Counted from the stretch's first letter, positions 12,291 to 26,280 are shown. The stretch: DNA of 64,000 bases from Octopus sinensis (GCF_006345805.1 NW_021832220.1:62001-126000), one strand, 5' to 3'. Notes: generated from the letters alone by a model not told the origin. Numbers and translations are program-made.

Positions 12291-12602
12291 ATCATCATCA
12301 TTGTTCAACCGTGGTCGAGACAATGGAATTTACTATGCTACGCCAGACTTCACGGTCCATCATGGCATTACGGAGGTCCTGTTGCTGGATGCCTGTATCC
12401 CTGGAGATTACATCAGGGTAAGAGAGTGTGCACCCTCTGGTACTGCGAGTAGATGGCTTCCAGAGGAGAAGAGTAGAAATTATCTCTTTTTCAGCTCTAC
12501 AACAATGTCTAGGATGTATGGTCCGATAAGCTCACAGACAAAAAGAAAAAAATTTTGTTGTAACAATTACTTTAGTGTGCTTCTTTTCTGATATATCTTT
12601 TA

Positions 12603-12989
12603 CTAGCAGTATCGCCCGGCGTTGCTCGGGTTTATTTCGACCCTTTAGAATTGGAATTTTTGAAAAGTAAAAATTTCTCCTCTATGTAGCTTGTTATTCT
12701 CTTTAAGTGAACATTTTTCTGGTTGAAATACACCGAAAAATGGCAACACAGCAGTCAAAAAATCGTAAGAAATAGGGATTTTCATAGAAAAAAAGCACCT
12801 TTTTGATGTAAATAATTTTTGGTGTTAACATGGTCCGATTTGAATTTTTTCTTCTAAGGAAGGAAGAGCAAGCCTTCTTCTATCATACTCTCAATTTTGG
12901 TCAACTTGCGCCGCAGGGTCTCGGAGGAGATAGTTGAAGGCTACCAAACCTGCCATACACAGACAACTTCAACTTTATATATATATTGA
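12603..12989 (-). mobile_element. Short non-autonomous Helitron
   Basis: On the minus strand: A|TCAATATATATAAAG 5' end at 12989, 3' hairpin CCCGAGCAACGCCGGG then CTAG|T at 12603. Same terminal hairpin type as the element at 8914. Confidence 0.75.
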
Positions 12990-13061
12990 TTTATCAACTA
13001 TATATGTGTGTGTGGGAGTGTGTGTATATATACATATATATGTGTGTGTGTGTATATATAT

Positions 13062-13119
<58 letters not shown>

Positions 13120-13715
13120 CATATATACAAAACCTAATGTAGAGTTCAGGAAGGCTTGTTACTTTTCAGGCTTATGAAAACTTATCGCACAACTCTCTCT
13201 CCCCCTCTCTCAATATGTGTGTGTGCTTGTGTAGGTGTTTGTTTGTGTACGCGCATCACATATGCAGACATACGCACACACGCGCACCGATGAGAGAGAC
13301 GCTAAATCTTTCTCAATCATACCCGACAATCTTAAACAGGGTGGAAATGTTTATTCCCAACAACGCAGAACACAAATCTATGGAAAATATGATGAAACGA
13401 ATGGAATGTTAGCGATTAACTAGGGCTGGCAACAAGAAGAACGAAACCATTAGTTCAGTACTTCTCACTGAAGAAGTCCGTGGGGTGCCTGAAGGTTGAA
13501 AAGGGCGGACATATTAACACGTTTTATATAATTAAAATTGTTTTAAATCGTTTTCTCTCGGCCAGCATCAGTGTTACATGGACTGTAAATATAAAGGCGA
13601 TGGGGATGGTGGGATTTTCAATAATATATTTTTCAGTGTGAGTGTGGGTGGGATTCAGGTGACTTCCATTTGATAGTCTGAGAACCTCTGCTTGCGATAA
13701 AATAATCCTAGATAC

Positions 13716-13816
13716 CATTTAAGTTTAATTTGTCAAAATATTTTCGTCGCTTTAAGACCGCGAACAGGTCGCGGTCTTAAAGCGACGAAAATATTTTGAC
13801 AAATTAAACTTAAATG
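13716..13816. repeat. Perfect fold-back palindrome
   Basis: 48-bp arms 13716-13763/13769-13816, loop ACAGG. Confidence 0.95.
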
Positions 13817-14655
13817 TTGAAGTGAATCGAACGGCTTTTGTGTGTTTCTTCAATAGCTTACAAACACCTTCCACGCTGCAATTGTTTTCGTTTCAGCACA
13901 CGATCTCAGATCAAATCACTTGCTATGCAAGTACATCTCCGTAAATCCTAGATACACTTTGTCAGAATAAAAACGAGATCGCTCACAACGGCACTTTCTT
14001 CGATTAATGGGCATGTAGGATAAGAGCTGACCAACATAAAAAACAGAAAGCTAATACTGACAAGAGACGGAATTAAAGCAATATGGTGATACTTATAGAT
14101 TTTTTTCTTTCTTTTCTTAAGGCTAAAATCGTTTCCGGTTTTAACGTGGATTTGTTTTTACATGTCATGTTTTCAGTAACCATGGGTTACCGAAGGACGC
14201 TAACCACCAACTTAGCGCGCACACACACACACACACACATTTCTGTGTATTTCCTTTTAGGTTTAGTGTATGTGTGGAGGAAAGCGTCGCAGTTCCTCTT
14301 TCTAATTTTTACTTTCTTACTTGAAGAAAGATCACTGCAAAATGTATGTTGAACTGTTGAGAAATATGTCTATCTAACTGACAGCAGTAGAATTATTTGA
14401 AAATATAATACCTATATATCACTACATTTAGTTCAAAACTCATTTTTACGAATGCAAATGTATATATGAATCTACGAATACATATATAATATCGATATAT
14501 TTACATATAGAAATAAACGTACATGAATATCTATTAAGCAAGAAGTGGCAAAGAAATAAACGATGCCAACAGATGAAAGATTCGCCACGAAGGATTTAAT
14601 AGATGTTGGAGCTCTTTCTACACATCGCATCCGTAAGTTAAATTACATATAAGTG

Positions 14656-14693
<38 letters not shown>

Positions 14694-14907
14694 CTTTATT
14701 CACCATAAGGTTGAGAAAAAGAGGGGACAAAACAAACGTTGGGGTCAGGGTATCGAATGAGACGAAACATGAATAAACAAACAATTAATATATATACAAT
14801 TAAATGAGAATGAGTGATTAACAAAAAATGAAGCAGAGGACGCGGTTGACCCCACAAACCACATACTCACACTGAAGACTTTGCTTTATCCTTTTTTACA
14901 TTCTCGA

Positions 14908-17900
14908 TTAAATAGGTTCTTTCACTCGCAACATACTTGCTATAGACTTCCATCTTTTACGAAACACACTTTGCGACAGGCATTTCTTCTCCAGCCTTAT
15001 TTTCTGTTTCATGTGGAAAACGAAAAAGTCGATTAGCTCGAGACTGGAGATAAACATGCCTGTTGCAATTCCTTTTACTCTCGTCTTCCACACTACTTCT
15101 TTCGCCATAGCAACTACCGAAAGAAAACAGGCTCGCTCCTCCTATTCAGGAAGGTCGGCGGAACTATCTTAATTACAGATTCGCTCGACAGTTGTACTCT
15201 TCTCGAATGCGACAGCAGGTGTTCGACATAAGTCCAGAGTTCAGTCACCTTGGGGCATTGCACAATCGCGTGCAGGACAGTTTCACTGTCCCTCTTACAT
15301 CTTGCACAAACCGGCAAAGGTGCACACCCATGTCTAAAGAGCTTATCTCGAACCGGTAAAGCTCCTCTGTAACATTGCCAGGCCAGGGACTTTTGGTAAT
15401 TATCCATAGGCCCCGGACCGAATGTTCTTTGGAACAGGCTGGCCAGTTGATTTTCGTCGAAGCCCAGAGTTTCTCCTAGGACGTCATCACACTTAAACTC
15501 TACTAACCCTCTATAGAGGAACGCGGTAGTAGCCCCGCCACCGGCGTTGCCCGACTGGGAGAGAAGCACGAGTGCCTGATAGCACTCTGCATGCCACATG
15601 CCCAACCTCGGTCTACACTTGATCCATGGGTTCAGTTCGTTAAACGATGTGAACTGTGGAAATAACAGCTTGACAAACGGAGACCACACCTGCTCACCGT
15701 CCAGGTAAATCCAGAGGTGCCTAAGCCTGAGCGCATGTCTGCGCATTTTTAGCCACGGCATCCCTAACCCACCGTTCAGCGGCTTTTGGCAGCAAATAGA
15801 GCGCCTTACAAGAGGTCTGCTGCCCCTCCACAAAAAGCGAAAGAGCATGCGTTCCAGTTTGTTCAGCCACGAATCGGGGCAAGGCACTACGGTTAGGCGG
15901 TAAGTGATTACAGAGGCGATAAACACTTCTGCAACCTCCGCCTTCCCTTTCAAGGACAGATTCCGTTCAGACCATGTCTGAGTTAGGAGAGCCACCTTTC
16001 TCGCCACCTCGCTCCAATTCTTCTCTATCTGGAGATCTGGACCTAACCAGATCCCAAGCATTTTCACCGGTCCTTCCGTCCAACGTCCTACGACGCTGTC
16101 GGAAGACATCGACTTGCCCCTCCAGGTGCTGAGTTGCAAGCCGACCGATTTATCCCGGTTGACTTTCGCTCCTGCCACCGCTTCGTAGTCCCTTAAGGCC
16201 TCACCCACCCACTGTAGGTGCTCGACTCGGGAAACGATGACGGTGATGTCGTCCGCATACGCCGAAGCTGACTTTCCGCACCCTAGATCTTGCGGGGTGC
16301 CTCTCATAGTTTCCAACCTCCTCAGCAACGGCTCGAGGGCCAAAACGTAGAGAAGCGGGGAGAGAGGACACCCTTGACGTACCGAACGTTCAATGCTGAA
16401 CGGCTCCGAAAGGAAACCATTTACCCGAACTACCGATTCGATGTTGCTGTATAAAGCGATGATCCATCCGCGGAAGGTCGGGCCGAAGCCAGCCGCCGCG
16501 AGGACCGCCGCCAGATACTGATGGTCCACCCTATCAAACGCTTTCGATTGGTCCAAGTGGACCATAGCCCCACCCTTGCCAGGAATCCTATTTACCCTTT
16601 CTAAGGCATAGCGTAGAAAGTGGAGATTGTCGTGGATGGTCCTTCCAGGGATGGCGCAAGTTTGCGCCTCGCCAACAAGTTCACCCACGACCCTCGCCAA
16701 CCTTTTTGCTAAGACCTTGGCCAAGATCTTCAACTCTGCGTTAAGCAGAGTGATAGGCCGGAAATTATCAATTAAATCCCCCTTGTTTGGGTCCTTTCTT
16801 AACAACGCTACCACCCCTCGGCTCACAGACTTAGGAATCTCCCGTTCTGCTGCCAGTTGGTGTACACGCATGCAAGTAGGTGCCCAAACAAGTCTGGCAT
16901 GCTACTATAGAGTTCGTAAGGCAGACCATCGAGTCCCGGCGATTGTCCCGCCGCATTCTGCCAACATATCCTCGACTTCTTTGGCTGTGATCGGCGCCTC
17001 ACAAGATTCCGCGTCCGGCCCCGATAGACGCGGCGAACCGGCTAGGAAGTCTGCGAGCTTCTCCCCGCGCTCCAGCTCGCCGCTCCTCCCGAATAGCTGG
17101 GCGAAATGATCATGAAACACCTTGCACATCTCCTCGGGTTCGTTTACTAATCGACCATTTGGGCCCGTCAAGGATCGAATGGTTGAGTTGTTGCCACGCT
17201 GGCCCTCTACCACCCGGGCCCATCCGGCTGCGTTGATCCCTTCCTGTCTCATTGCACGGATCTTAGCCCTAATAATGCACCCTTCATGTTTAGCTTGGAG
17301 ATGTTGGTCTAGTGCTAACCTCGCCGCTAACACTTTTGATGCACAGCCTGACCTCATTGCCTCCTCTATAGCCTTAACTAGTTCCTTTTCTACTTTGTTT
17401 CTAGCACTAGCTAGTTCTTTGCTAAACCTAATTGACTCAAATTTGATGGCTCTTTTCAGGGCGTACCACCATTTATTGTTGATAATGGATCCGGTTAACG
17501 CCCTCATTACTAATTGTTTAATCCGATTCCTGTAGGCTTCACAGTCCAATAGTGACTTGTTTAGCTTCCAGTAGCCGGTACCTCGTCTACACATGCTATC
17601 TATGTCGAGCGTACAGGTCACTAATTTGTGATCGCTGTAGCTGACGATATGGTGTTGTGGACAGCTAAGTATTTTCTTATCTTTCCTTCTAGTTATGATT
17701 CTATCGATATAAGATCTGGACGACCCGTCGTTTCTTGCCCAGGTCCACTCTGGAATGTCTGGATGGTCCAGTCTGAATGTATCTGCCAATTCGAAACGAC
17801 TTAGCATATCGTTGAGGTGAGGTAATCCCCTCGTATTCTTTCTTGAGCCAACATAATCTACGCTTGCATCGCAAATTATGTTGAAGTCACCAAGCAATAC

Positions 17901-18320
17901 TAACGTGTTCGACGTGCCAAGAAAATTCTCTAGGCTTTTGAAATACTCTTTCTGCCCGGCTTTTCCTTCGCAGGGAGCATAGACAGCGACCAGCCTGAAC
18001 ACTTTACCACTGCTGTGCGTCACATCCAAAACGACCAACCTGCCTTCCGGATCTATAAAGACAGTTCTAATCTCTAAATCCAGGTTTTTCCTGACCAGCA
18101 CTGCCACTCCTCCTCCCCCTCCAGGTCGACAGGGAGAAACGTATTTCTCGTAGCCGTTTAGAAGGGGCGAAAAAGCCTGCAGCCCACTCAGTCTGGATTC
18201 GGTAATTACCACTACATCCAAACGATGCGACCTTAGGTCGTTAAGGAGGTAGCCTTGCTTCCAATACGACCCCATTCCGCGAATATTTATACAACCGAGT
18301 TTAAACGAGAATGTGAAAAT
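14908..18320 (-). pseudogene. Tx1 ORF2 (APE endonuclease, RT, C-terminal Cys/His motif), few single-base frameshifts
   Basis: INIRG..ITESR, LLGDFN, YIDRI..SYSDH (APE); DQSKAFDRVDH, QGCPLSPLLY, YADD (RT); CARCKRDSETVLHAIVQC. Confidence 0.88.
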
Positions 18321-18376
18321 TTAGTTGAATGTTTAAAACTTAATGTTTTAACAGAAGAGAGGGTGTAGTTTCACCC

Positions 18377-19817
18377 TCATCTTTTCTGTCTGTGAGTGTT
18401 GTGTTTTGCGAGGTCAGTTTTTTTTGCGAATTGCTTGTACAGATGGCTTGAAAAGTTCATCTGTAACGGGCCTACGTCCTCCGCAAAAGATTTTTTAATT
18501 TCAAAATAATCCTCGTTATCTATCGTATAAAATTCTACATTTTCGGATATAATACTATTTATATCTGTTGCGATATATTTTTTCGCCGATTTCAGTAAAT
18601 TAATTTTTTCCCTTAATGGGTTATTGTTTTTATTTATCGCCGTGAAGGTGTTTCTTTTTTTTTTGTTAGGTGATTGTGGAGGGGGCTGTGTGTGTGTGTT
18701 TGTGGGTGTGTGTGTGCTTGTAGAAGCGTGGGTGTCTGTAGGTGTGTGCGTGCTTGTGGTAGGTGTGTGAGTGTTTGTGTGTGCTTTTTCCAGTGTGTGT
18801 GTTTTTTTGGCTACGTGTGTGTTTGCGACTGTATTTGTGGGTGTGGGTGTGCTTGTCTGTGTCAGAGTATAGTCCTGTGTATCCGAAGAGGGTGGATTTT
18901 TCCGTTTCCGTTTTCTTTTTGAAGCTTCCACGTTGACCCACTCCTGGATGTTGTTGATGTTGTTGTCATCGTTGTTGTCGTTGTTTTCTCCCGTTGTCGG
19001 CTGAATTTCGGCAATTGGGGTGCGCGACGTGGCTGCTATTTCTAGCGGTGAAGTTGTTTTCGGCGTCGTGCTTGCCTCTGTAGTATTTTCTTTCGCTGTC
19101 TTCTTGCAGCTCGACCGTATGTGGCCTTTCTCGCCACATTATAGCATCTCGGTTTTCTTCCCTCGACTATTACCATCAAGGTGGTATCTCCAATGGTGAG
19201 GGTGCTTGGCAATTTTTCCAAGTCCGAGGGGTTCGCTTGGATCACAAGCTCTAAGTCCTGTCCATACCAGGTTGTGGGGCGATATCTTTTAGACTGAAGA
19301 ATGGCAATTTCTTCCTCTTTGCCTAAGAGAATCGCTGCTGTTATGAAGTCCACCTCGATTTCGGGCGGAATGTCCGTAACCGTTATTCTACTAGTTCTCA
19401 TTCCTAAATAAAATGGTAAAAGAACTACCTCTTCCGACTTCAACGTTCTTGTTGAATGTTCCCTAGCTATTTCTTCGCTAGGGAAACGCACCTCTACCGT
19501 GCCGAAGCGACTACCCCTTGTTATATAACTTCTTTGTTGCCATATCGGCCTCAAACATTTTTCAATGGCTTCTCTCTGTACGAAGTCAATTTTCTTATTT
19601 TTGACATTATAAGTCTTGTAAATTACAGTTTTTCTCTCCGTCGCGTAAATTAATTCACTGGGAGGGAACAACTTCACATTATCACCTTCTTTTTTTAGTA
19701 GTCCTTGGTATTTCTTTAATTCTTCCTTGTTGATGACTATATTTTCACAGGGGCGAGTTGCTGCACTCGCAAAATTTATTTTTGATTTTCTTGTCGTTTA
19801 CTAGCTTCGCCAGACAT
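18377..19817 (-). pseudogene. Tx1 ORF1 (gag-like, CCHC knuckle), frameshifted as assembled
   Basis: ORFs 19042-19677 and 18377-18931 join into one frame. Restoring one A gives CYKCGEKGHIRSSC (CX2CX4HX4C). It has an in-frame Thr/His-rich (CA)-type tract. Confidence 0.75.
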
Positions 19818-20105
19818 TGTCGTCTGCTTTTGTGACGTCTCTTTACTTCTACCTTCCTCATCCCGCATTTTCTCCTTCATGCCTTCAAACAAATTTTCAA
19901 CGTTTTCCTCCTACTCGGAGGAGACTGGTTGCAAATTCATGTCTTTTCGTCACTTCCCCGTTGAAACAAGGGGGAAAGAACAGCAGAACTCTGCTGCAAC
20001 AGCAGAATTGAAGTGGCCTCGACGACCAAAACAGCAAATTTTCAAACTTTTCAGCACAAAAACAATCTTTCACTGTGGAGCAACGAATAACACGACCGAT
20101 CAGAG

Positions 20106-20176
<71 letters not shown>

Positions 20177-20549
20177 ATCCAGCTTCATAGATAGATTGAC
20201 CACTTTCTGCAGCAAATTCTTAAATGTATTTCACAAATAAAATTTAAACCTCATTAACCTATTAAATATATTTTTTTTACATCGAACACCCCATTTTGGC
20301 CACCACCCCCCATTATCATCCCATTTTTCTTCAACGCCGCCCACTCTGGATCATTTCACCGCCCCCAAGGAGACAGTACTGCTCACTTGTTGGGAGCCAC
20401 GGGTCTAAGAAACCATCAAAGGAAAGATGCACTCGCATATTATCCGAAATGTATGGTTTTAAATCTCCATCACGACTGATCTTACTTCATTGTATTCTTT
20501 ATGTGAAACCGACATCAGCCATGATGAATATTTAACGCTATACATTTCG

Positions 20550-20616
<67 letters not shown>

Positions 20617-21220
20617 GGGGTTGAATGCGAGTTCGTCCTTTAATTGGAGTAATTTGAAAGGATTTCTTGTTTCTTCGTACTTTACTTTTGAATTTACTAG
20701 TGTAAATTTGTGTGGATATGAAAAGTTATGTAGAAATATTAAGTATATGATTCTACAAATTCGTTCATATTTACCTAAATGGAGGAAATTATATGTTAAT
20801 ATGGATAATAATTTTTTTCTATTCATGTAGCTATTGTTTCATACAGAAAAACAAGAAATTCATATTTAAGAATCTGAGTACTCGTCAGTAGCTAAAAAAA
20901 AACCCAACTAAAAAGACGTTTTTTTCAATTTTATTTTAGCTATCGATGAGTACTTTACGACAACTCAGATTCTGAAATATGAATTTTTTGTCTTTCCGTT
21001 TGAAACAATTGTATAGCTACATGAATAAAAAATTATCATCCATATTAACATTTAATCTCCCCCATTTACGTAAATATGAACGAATTTGTTGAACTCTGTT
21101 TAATAAATTAAATCATATACTTAATATTTCTCTCCCCCTCTCTCTCTATATACATACATATATATATATATATGTACACTTTGATCTCTTATATGTAACT
21201 TCATATACATACATTATATA

Positions 21221-21269
<49 letters not shown>

Positions 21270-22722
21270 CAAAGTTGCGTTGTGGGGTATCGCATGAGTG
21301 GAATTATATACGAAAGAAGGTTTGAAAATGCAATTTAAAAGATGTTTATTTACTTAACCGGTTTCACTCTTTGGAAAAAAATTGTCAAAAGTAACATAGA
21401 ATATTATGAATTCAAAAAAGCTTTTTACATAATTGCCACATTACATGTATATATACAGTCTTTGGTAACAAGGACATGCTAAGGACATAAGAAAGTACAA
21501 CAGTATGATGAGAATATTTGAAAAAATGGGCAGAAAAGATTAAAATAAATATATTATACATCTCAGGGTCAGTACAGAATATTATGAATTCAAGGCGAGT
21601 TTGTTTACTGACCTGTCCGTTTTAGCAGAAATGTTGAATTGAGAAAGATGTATCGGTTTTTTTCTGTTTTTGGCTTTCCTTCAAGCATCAATGATTTGGG
21701 GTTAGGATGAGGTGAATATATGTGTCTCTCTGCGTGTGTGTGAATAGATGTCTGTAGTATTTGGTCAGATGGCGTCTGTTTGTCAAGTGTGTGTGGTTGT
21801 CATGGTGTTGTGTGTGCGTGTGTGCGCGCGTGCGCGTGCACGCACGTATGAGTGTGGATGGCCTTTGACATGGTGCTGCGTGTGCATATATGTGCCTGTA
21901 TGGAGGTGAGACTGGTGTGAGTGTGCGTGCACACACACGTATACAAGCGTCTGCGTGTGTGTGGGGGCTGTTTTTGAATGGTTCCAAGGTGGCGAAAATA
22001 GATGTGAGTTGTTTAAAGAATTTTTGGGGGTAGGATGGTGTGTGTATATATGCGTGCGCGCGCGTCTACGCGTGTGTGCGGGCCATACACACACACACAC
22101 ACACACCACATCATACACACACACACATAATATACAAACACACAACACACACACACAACGCACACACATATAATATACACACACAACACACAAATATAAC
22201 ATATATTTATATATAATATACACACATATAACACACACCCACACAACACACACACGTACACATACATACATAATATAAATACAACACAAATACACCTGGC
22301 ACATATATACATACAATACACATACACAGCATATATATAACAAACATACACAATATATACATATAATATATATATATAGACAATGCATATACACATATAC
22401 ATATATACATATATATAGTGTTTACATACACATACATAAATATACCACATATACACACAATATACATACATACAATGTATACATATACACATACGCATAC
22501 ATATAACATATATATACACATAACATACACATACACAATGCATACATATATATACATGCACTATATATACATGTATTCATGTATATATAACACACCTACA
22601 ATATACATATATACAATGCACACATACACACACATATACACATAATATACACATACATATACAATACACATACATACAATATACATATACACAATGCACA
22701 TGCAAATAATGCACATATATAT

Positions 22723-22760
<38 letters not shown>

Positions 22761-24150
22761 CTACACATATACACATACATATATATATAATGCACACACA
22801 CACACACAAAATACATACATATAGCATACACACACATATATATCTACATACCACACACACACACACACAAAAAATGTACTCACATATACACATATACCAT
22901 GCATACACACACACATATATACATATATATAAAACATATACACATATAAATACATACACATACACACACACACGCGCGCACACACACACAACCCACACAA
23001 CACTCACGCACATACATAACCTACATATATATAATGCATGTGTGTGCGTACCGCATATGTGTGTGGTCAATGCCCGCTAGTGTGCCCTATGTGTGCCGAT
23101 GCGTGCATGTGTCTGCCTGCATGATATGCTGCAAGTGTGCGCGTGTCCCTGTGTGCTTGCTCTGGATGTGTGCCTAGGGGGTATGTTAGAGTATGTTTAG
23201 TTGTGGTCTGTATTTTTGAATAAGATTACTTTCCCTATTTATTCATGTTTGGTCTGTGGTGTTGTCCGAGCATTGGTATAGTGGGAAGACTAAGAATTTG
23301 GGGGACTTATTGTGTGCACAAAGGTCTAAGTGTCCACTTAGTGGTATCTGTCTTGTGGAGGGGTCTCTCAGTTGTTGTCGGTGAACTGTCATTCTTTCTC
23401 TGAGGGTAAGGCTCGTTTGCCCTATGTAGTCTTCGTGGCATCCTTCACACCTTATGACGTAGATTAAATTTTTTGATGCGCACGTGAAATTATTTTTTAT
23501 GATGAATGTGTGTCCCGAGTGGAACTTGTACGTCAATCCCTCAATGAGGTGGATGCAAGTCCTGCAGTTGGGGCGACCACATTTTTTGATGGTGGGCGGT
23601 GGGTTTGTGTTGTGTAATTTTGCGTTGGTGAGGAGGTTTTTTAGGGATTTAGGTTGTCTCTTACTTTTTATTATTTTATGAGCTGCCAGTAATTTTTTCA
23701 GGTGTGGGTCTTGATTTAGTTGTGGAATGTTGTTGTATATAATAGTGTAAGCTTCTGCATTCCTTGGGTTGTGTGTTGAGAGATAGGGGAGGCTATTTAC
23801 TGTACTGTGGATGTGTTTGGGTTTTCGTAGGTCTTGAGTGTTGATTGATTTGGCCCGTTCTATTCCGTTGTCTACTAGTGATGCCGGGTAATGTCTTTCG
23901 AGAAGAATTGCCCTTAGTTCCCGGAGTCTTCTATTTCGTGTTGTGTCATTTGAGACAATAGTGCAGATTCTTCTCACTAGGTTGAAGGGGATATTTGTCT
24001 TTGTGTGTTTTGGGTGATTGGAGGTGAATAGAAGGTATTGTTTAGAGTCAGTGGGTTTGTAATGGATGTCAGTTTCAATGTTGACGCCTTTTTTAATGAT
24101 TAGAATGTCAAGAAAAGGGAGTTGGTCCTGACTATATTCCATTGTGAATT
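21270..24150 (-). mobile_element. Penelope-like element, 5'-truncated: RT C-terminus plus GIY-YIG and a long repeat-rich 3' region
   Basis: ORF 23243-24232: LPFLDILI..HYKPTDSKQYL..SNHPKHTK, CGRPNCRTC, NLIYVIRCEGCHEDYIGQT. The downstream region matches the 5338-6080 family. Its link to the ORF across the 22-23 kb low-complexity tract is inferred. Confidence 0.8.
21350..21394 (-). ncRNA. Third copy of the U3:A8 hammerhead motif
   Basis: Minus strand UUACUU UUGACAA UUUUUUUCCAAAGAGU GAAA CCGGU U AAGUAA. Stems I and III intact, stem II weaker. Confidence 0.5.
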
Positions 24151-24582
24151 GATATATATATATATATATATATATCTGAAATGTGTGCAGTATTATATAT
24201 ACATCATGGCTGATCATACCAATCGGTTTCACGCTAGGAGAACAACAGAGTGTTAAGTAACAATCCGATTATATAACCTTACGCTCATCAAAGCCGACAG
24301 TGTTCGTTGTGTATGTGGTTAATGAGAGAGACGGAAGATGGAAGATATGAGAATATCTATTATATGTATATTCATTAACATAAACATATATTTATTCAGC
24401 CAAATTCTTCCTCCCAATCTGTTTGTATGTCTGCCAGCCTGCCTGCTTCCTGTCTGTTGTGTATCTATCTACCTACCTACCTACCTATCAATCTATTCAT
24501 CCATCCATGGATTCCATCCATCTATCCATCTTTCTGTTTGTCTGTCTGTCTAGGTATGCATGTATAAAAATATGTATGTATA

Positions 24583-26280
24583 TCATCATCATCATCACCA
24601 TCGTTTAGCGTCCGCTTTCCATGGACGGTTCAACTGGGGTCTGGGAAGCCAGAAGGCTGCACCAGGCCCAGTCTGATCTGGCAATGTTTCTACGGCTGGA
24701 TGCCCTTCCTAACGCCAACCACTCCGTGAGTGTAGTGGGTTCTTTTACGTGCCAGACGAGTCTGGCAAATGACCACGATCAGATGGTCCTTTTTACGTGC
24801 CACCGGCACGGGGGCCAGGCGAGGCTGGCAACGGCCACGAACGGCTGGTGCTTTTTACGTGCCACTGGCATGAGGCCAGTCGGTGCGGCAACGGCCACGT
24901 TCGGATGGTTCTCTTACGTGCCACCAGCACTGGTATCACAGCTGCAATTTCCATTGATGTTGATCGGTTTCGATTCTCACTTGCATCAACAGGTCTTCAC
25001 AAGTAGAGTTTTGTGTTCCAAGAAGGAAAGGCATGCATAAGTGGACTGGCTACATCCCAGGTAGAGGCCACGGTTATGGCCTCACTTGTCCTGCCGGGTC
25101 TTCTCACGCACAGCATACTTCCAAAGCTCTCGGTCTCTAGTCATTTCGTCAGTGAGACCTAAAGTTCGAAGGTCGTGCTTCACCACCTCGTCCCAGGTTT
25201 TCCTGGGTCTGCCTCTTCCACAGGTTCCCTCAACCGCTAGGGTGTGGCACTTTTTCACACAACTATCTTCATCCATTCTCGCCACATGACCATACCAGTG
25301 CAAACGTCTCTCTTGCACCGAGTATGAACACTGACATTACACATCCATCGGAGCATACTGGCTTCATTTCTTGCGAGCTTATGCATATCCTCAGCAGTCA
25401 CGGCCCTCATTTCACTGCCATGTGGCATGGCTGTTTGTACACATGCGTCATACAGTCTGCCTTTTACTCTGAACGAGAGGCCTTTTGTCACCAGCAGAGG
25501 TAAGAGCCCTCTGAACTTTGCCCAAGCTATTCTTACTCTAGCATTTACACTTTCAGCACACCCGCCTCTGCTACTGACTTGGTCATCTAGGTAACGGAAG
25601 CTATCAACTATTTCTAGTTTTTCTCCCTGGAATGTGGCAGAAGTTGCTCTCAGAGCATTTTCAGTGTTTATTGCTCTTGAGCATCTGCCACATACAAAAA
25701 CTATCTTCCTAGTTAGCCTTCCTTTGACTTTGCTGCACCTCTTATGTGTCCATAGCTTACACTTGGTGCATCTTATAGAGTTTCTACCTACGCCTTTTCT
25801 ACAGATCGAGCAGGGCCATCTACCTGAAGGCGTTTGAGATTTGTCTACCTTCCCACTTATTAGGACTTTGGTTTTAGCTAGATTGACTCTAAGGCCCTTC
25901 GATTCTACACCTGAAACTTCTCCTCCAGTTCTGATAGTGACTCAGCAATTAGAGCAAGGTCTTCAGCATAGAGGAGCTCCCAGGGGCATCCTGTCTTGAA
26001 TTCCTCCGTTATTGCCTGGAGGACTATGAAAAATAGGAGAGGGCTGAGTACTGAGCCTTGGTGGACCCCTACCTCTACCTGGAATTCTTCACTGTACTCG
26101 TTGCCAACCCTCACCTTACTAGCAGCGTCCCTGTACATAGCTCGCACAGCTCTCACTAACCATTCATCTATCCCTAGTTTCCTCATTGACCACCAGATAA
26201 GGGGTCGGGAGACCCTGTCGAAGGCTTTCTCCATGTCAACAAAAGCCAGGTACAGGGGCTTATCTTTGGCTAGGTATTTC
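24583..26280 (-). mobile_element. RTE-clade LINE, 5'-truncated copy 2
   Basis: ORFs 25905-26357 (AFVDMEKAFDRV, QGSVLSPLLF), 25255-25491 and 25082-25318; (TGA)n tail. Confidence 0.92.

Larger units (their letters stand above)
14689..20110 (-). mobile_element. Full-length Tx1/L1-clade non-LTR retrotransposon inserted in (TC)n
   Basis: Two ORFs. The 3' end AATAAAGAAATA runs directly into (CT)n. (GA)n tracts lie on both sides (14658-14688 and 20110-20174). Confidence 0.9.
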
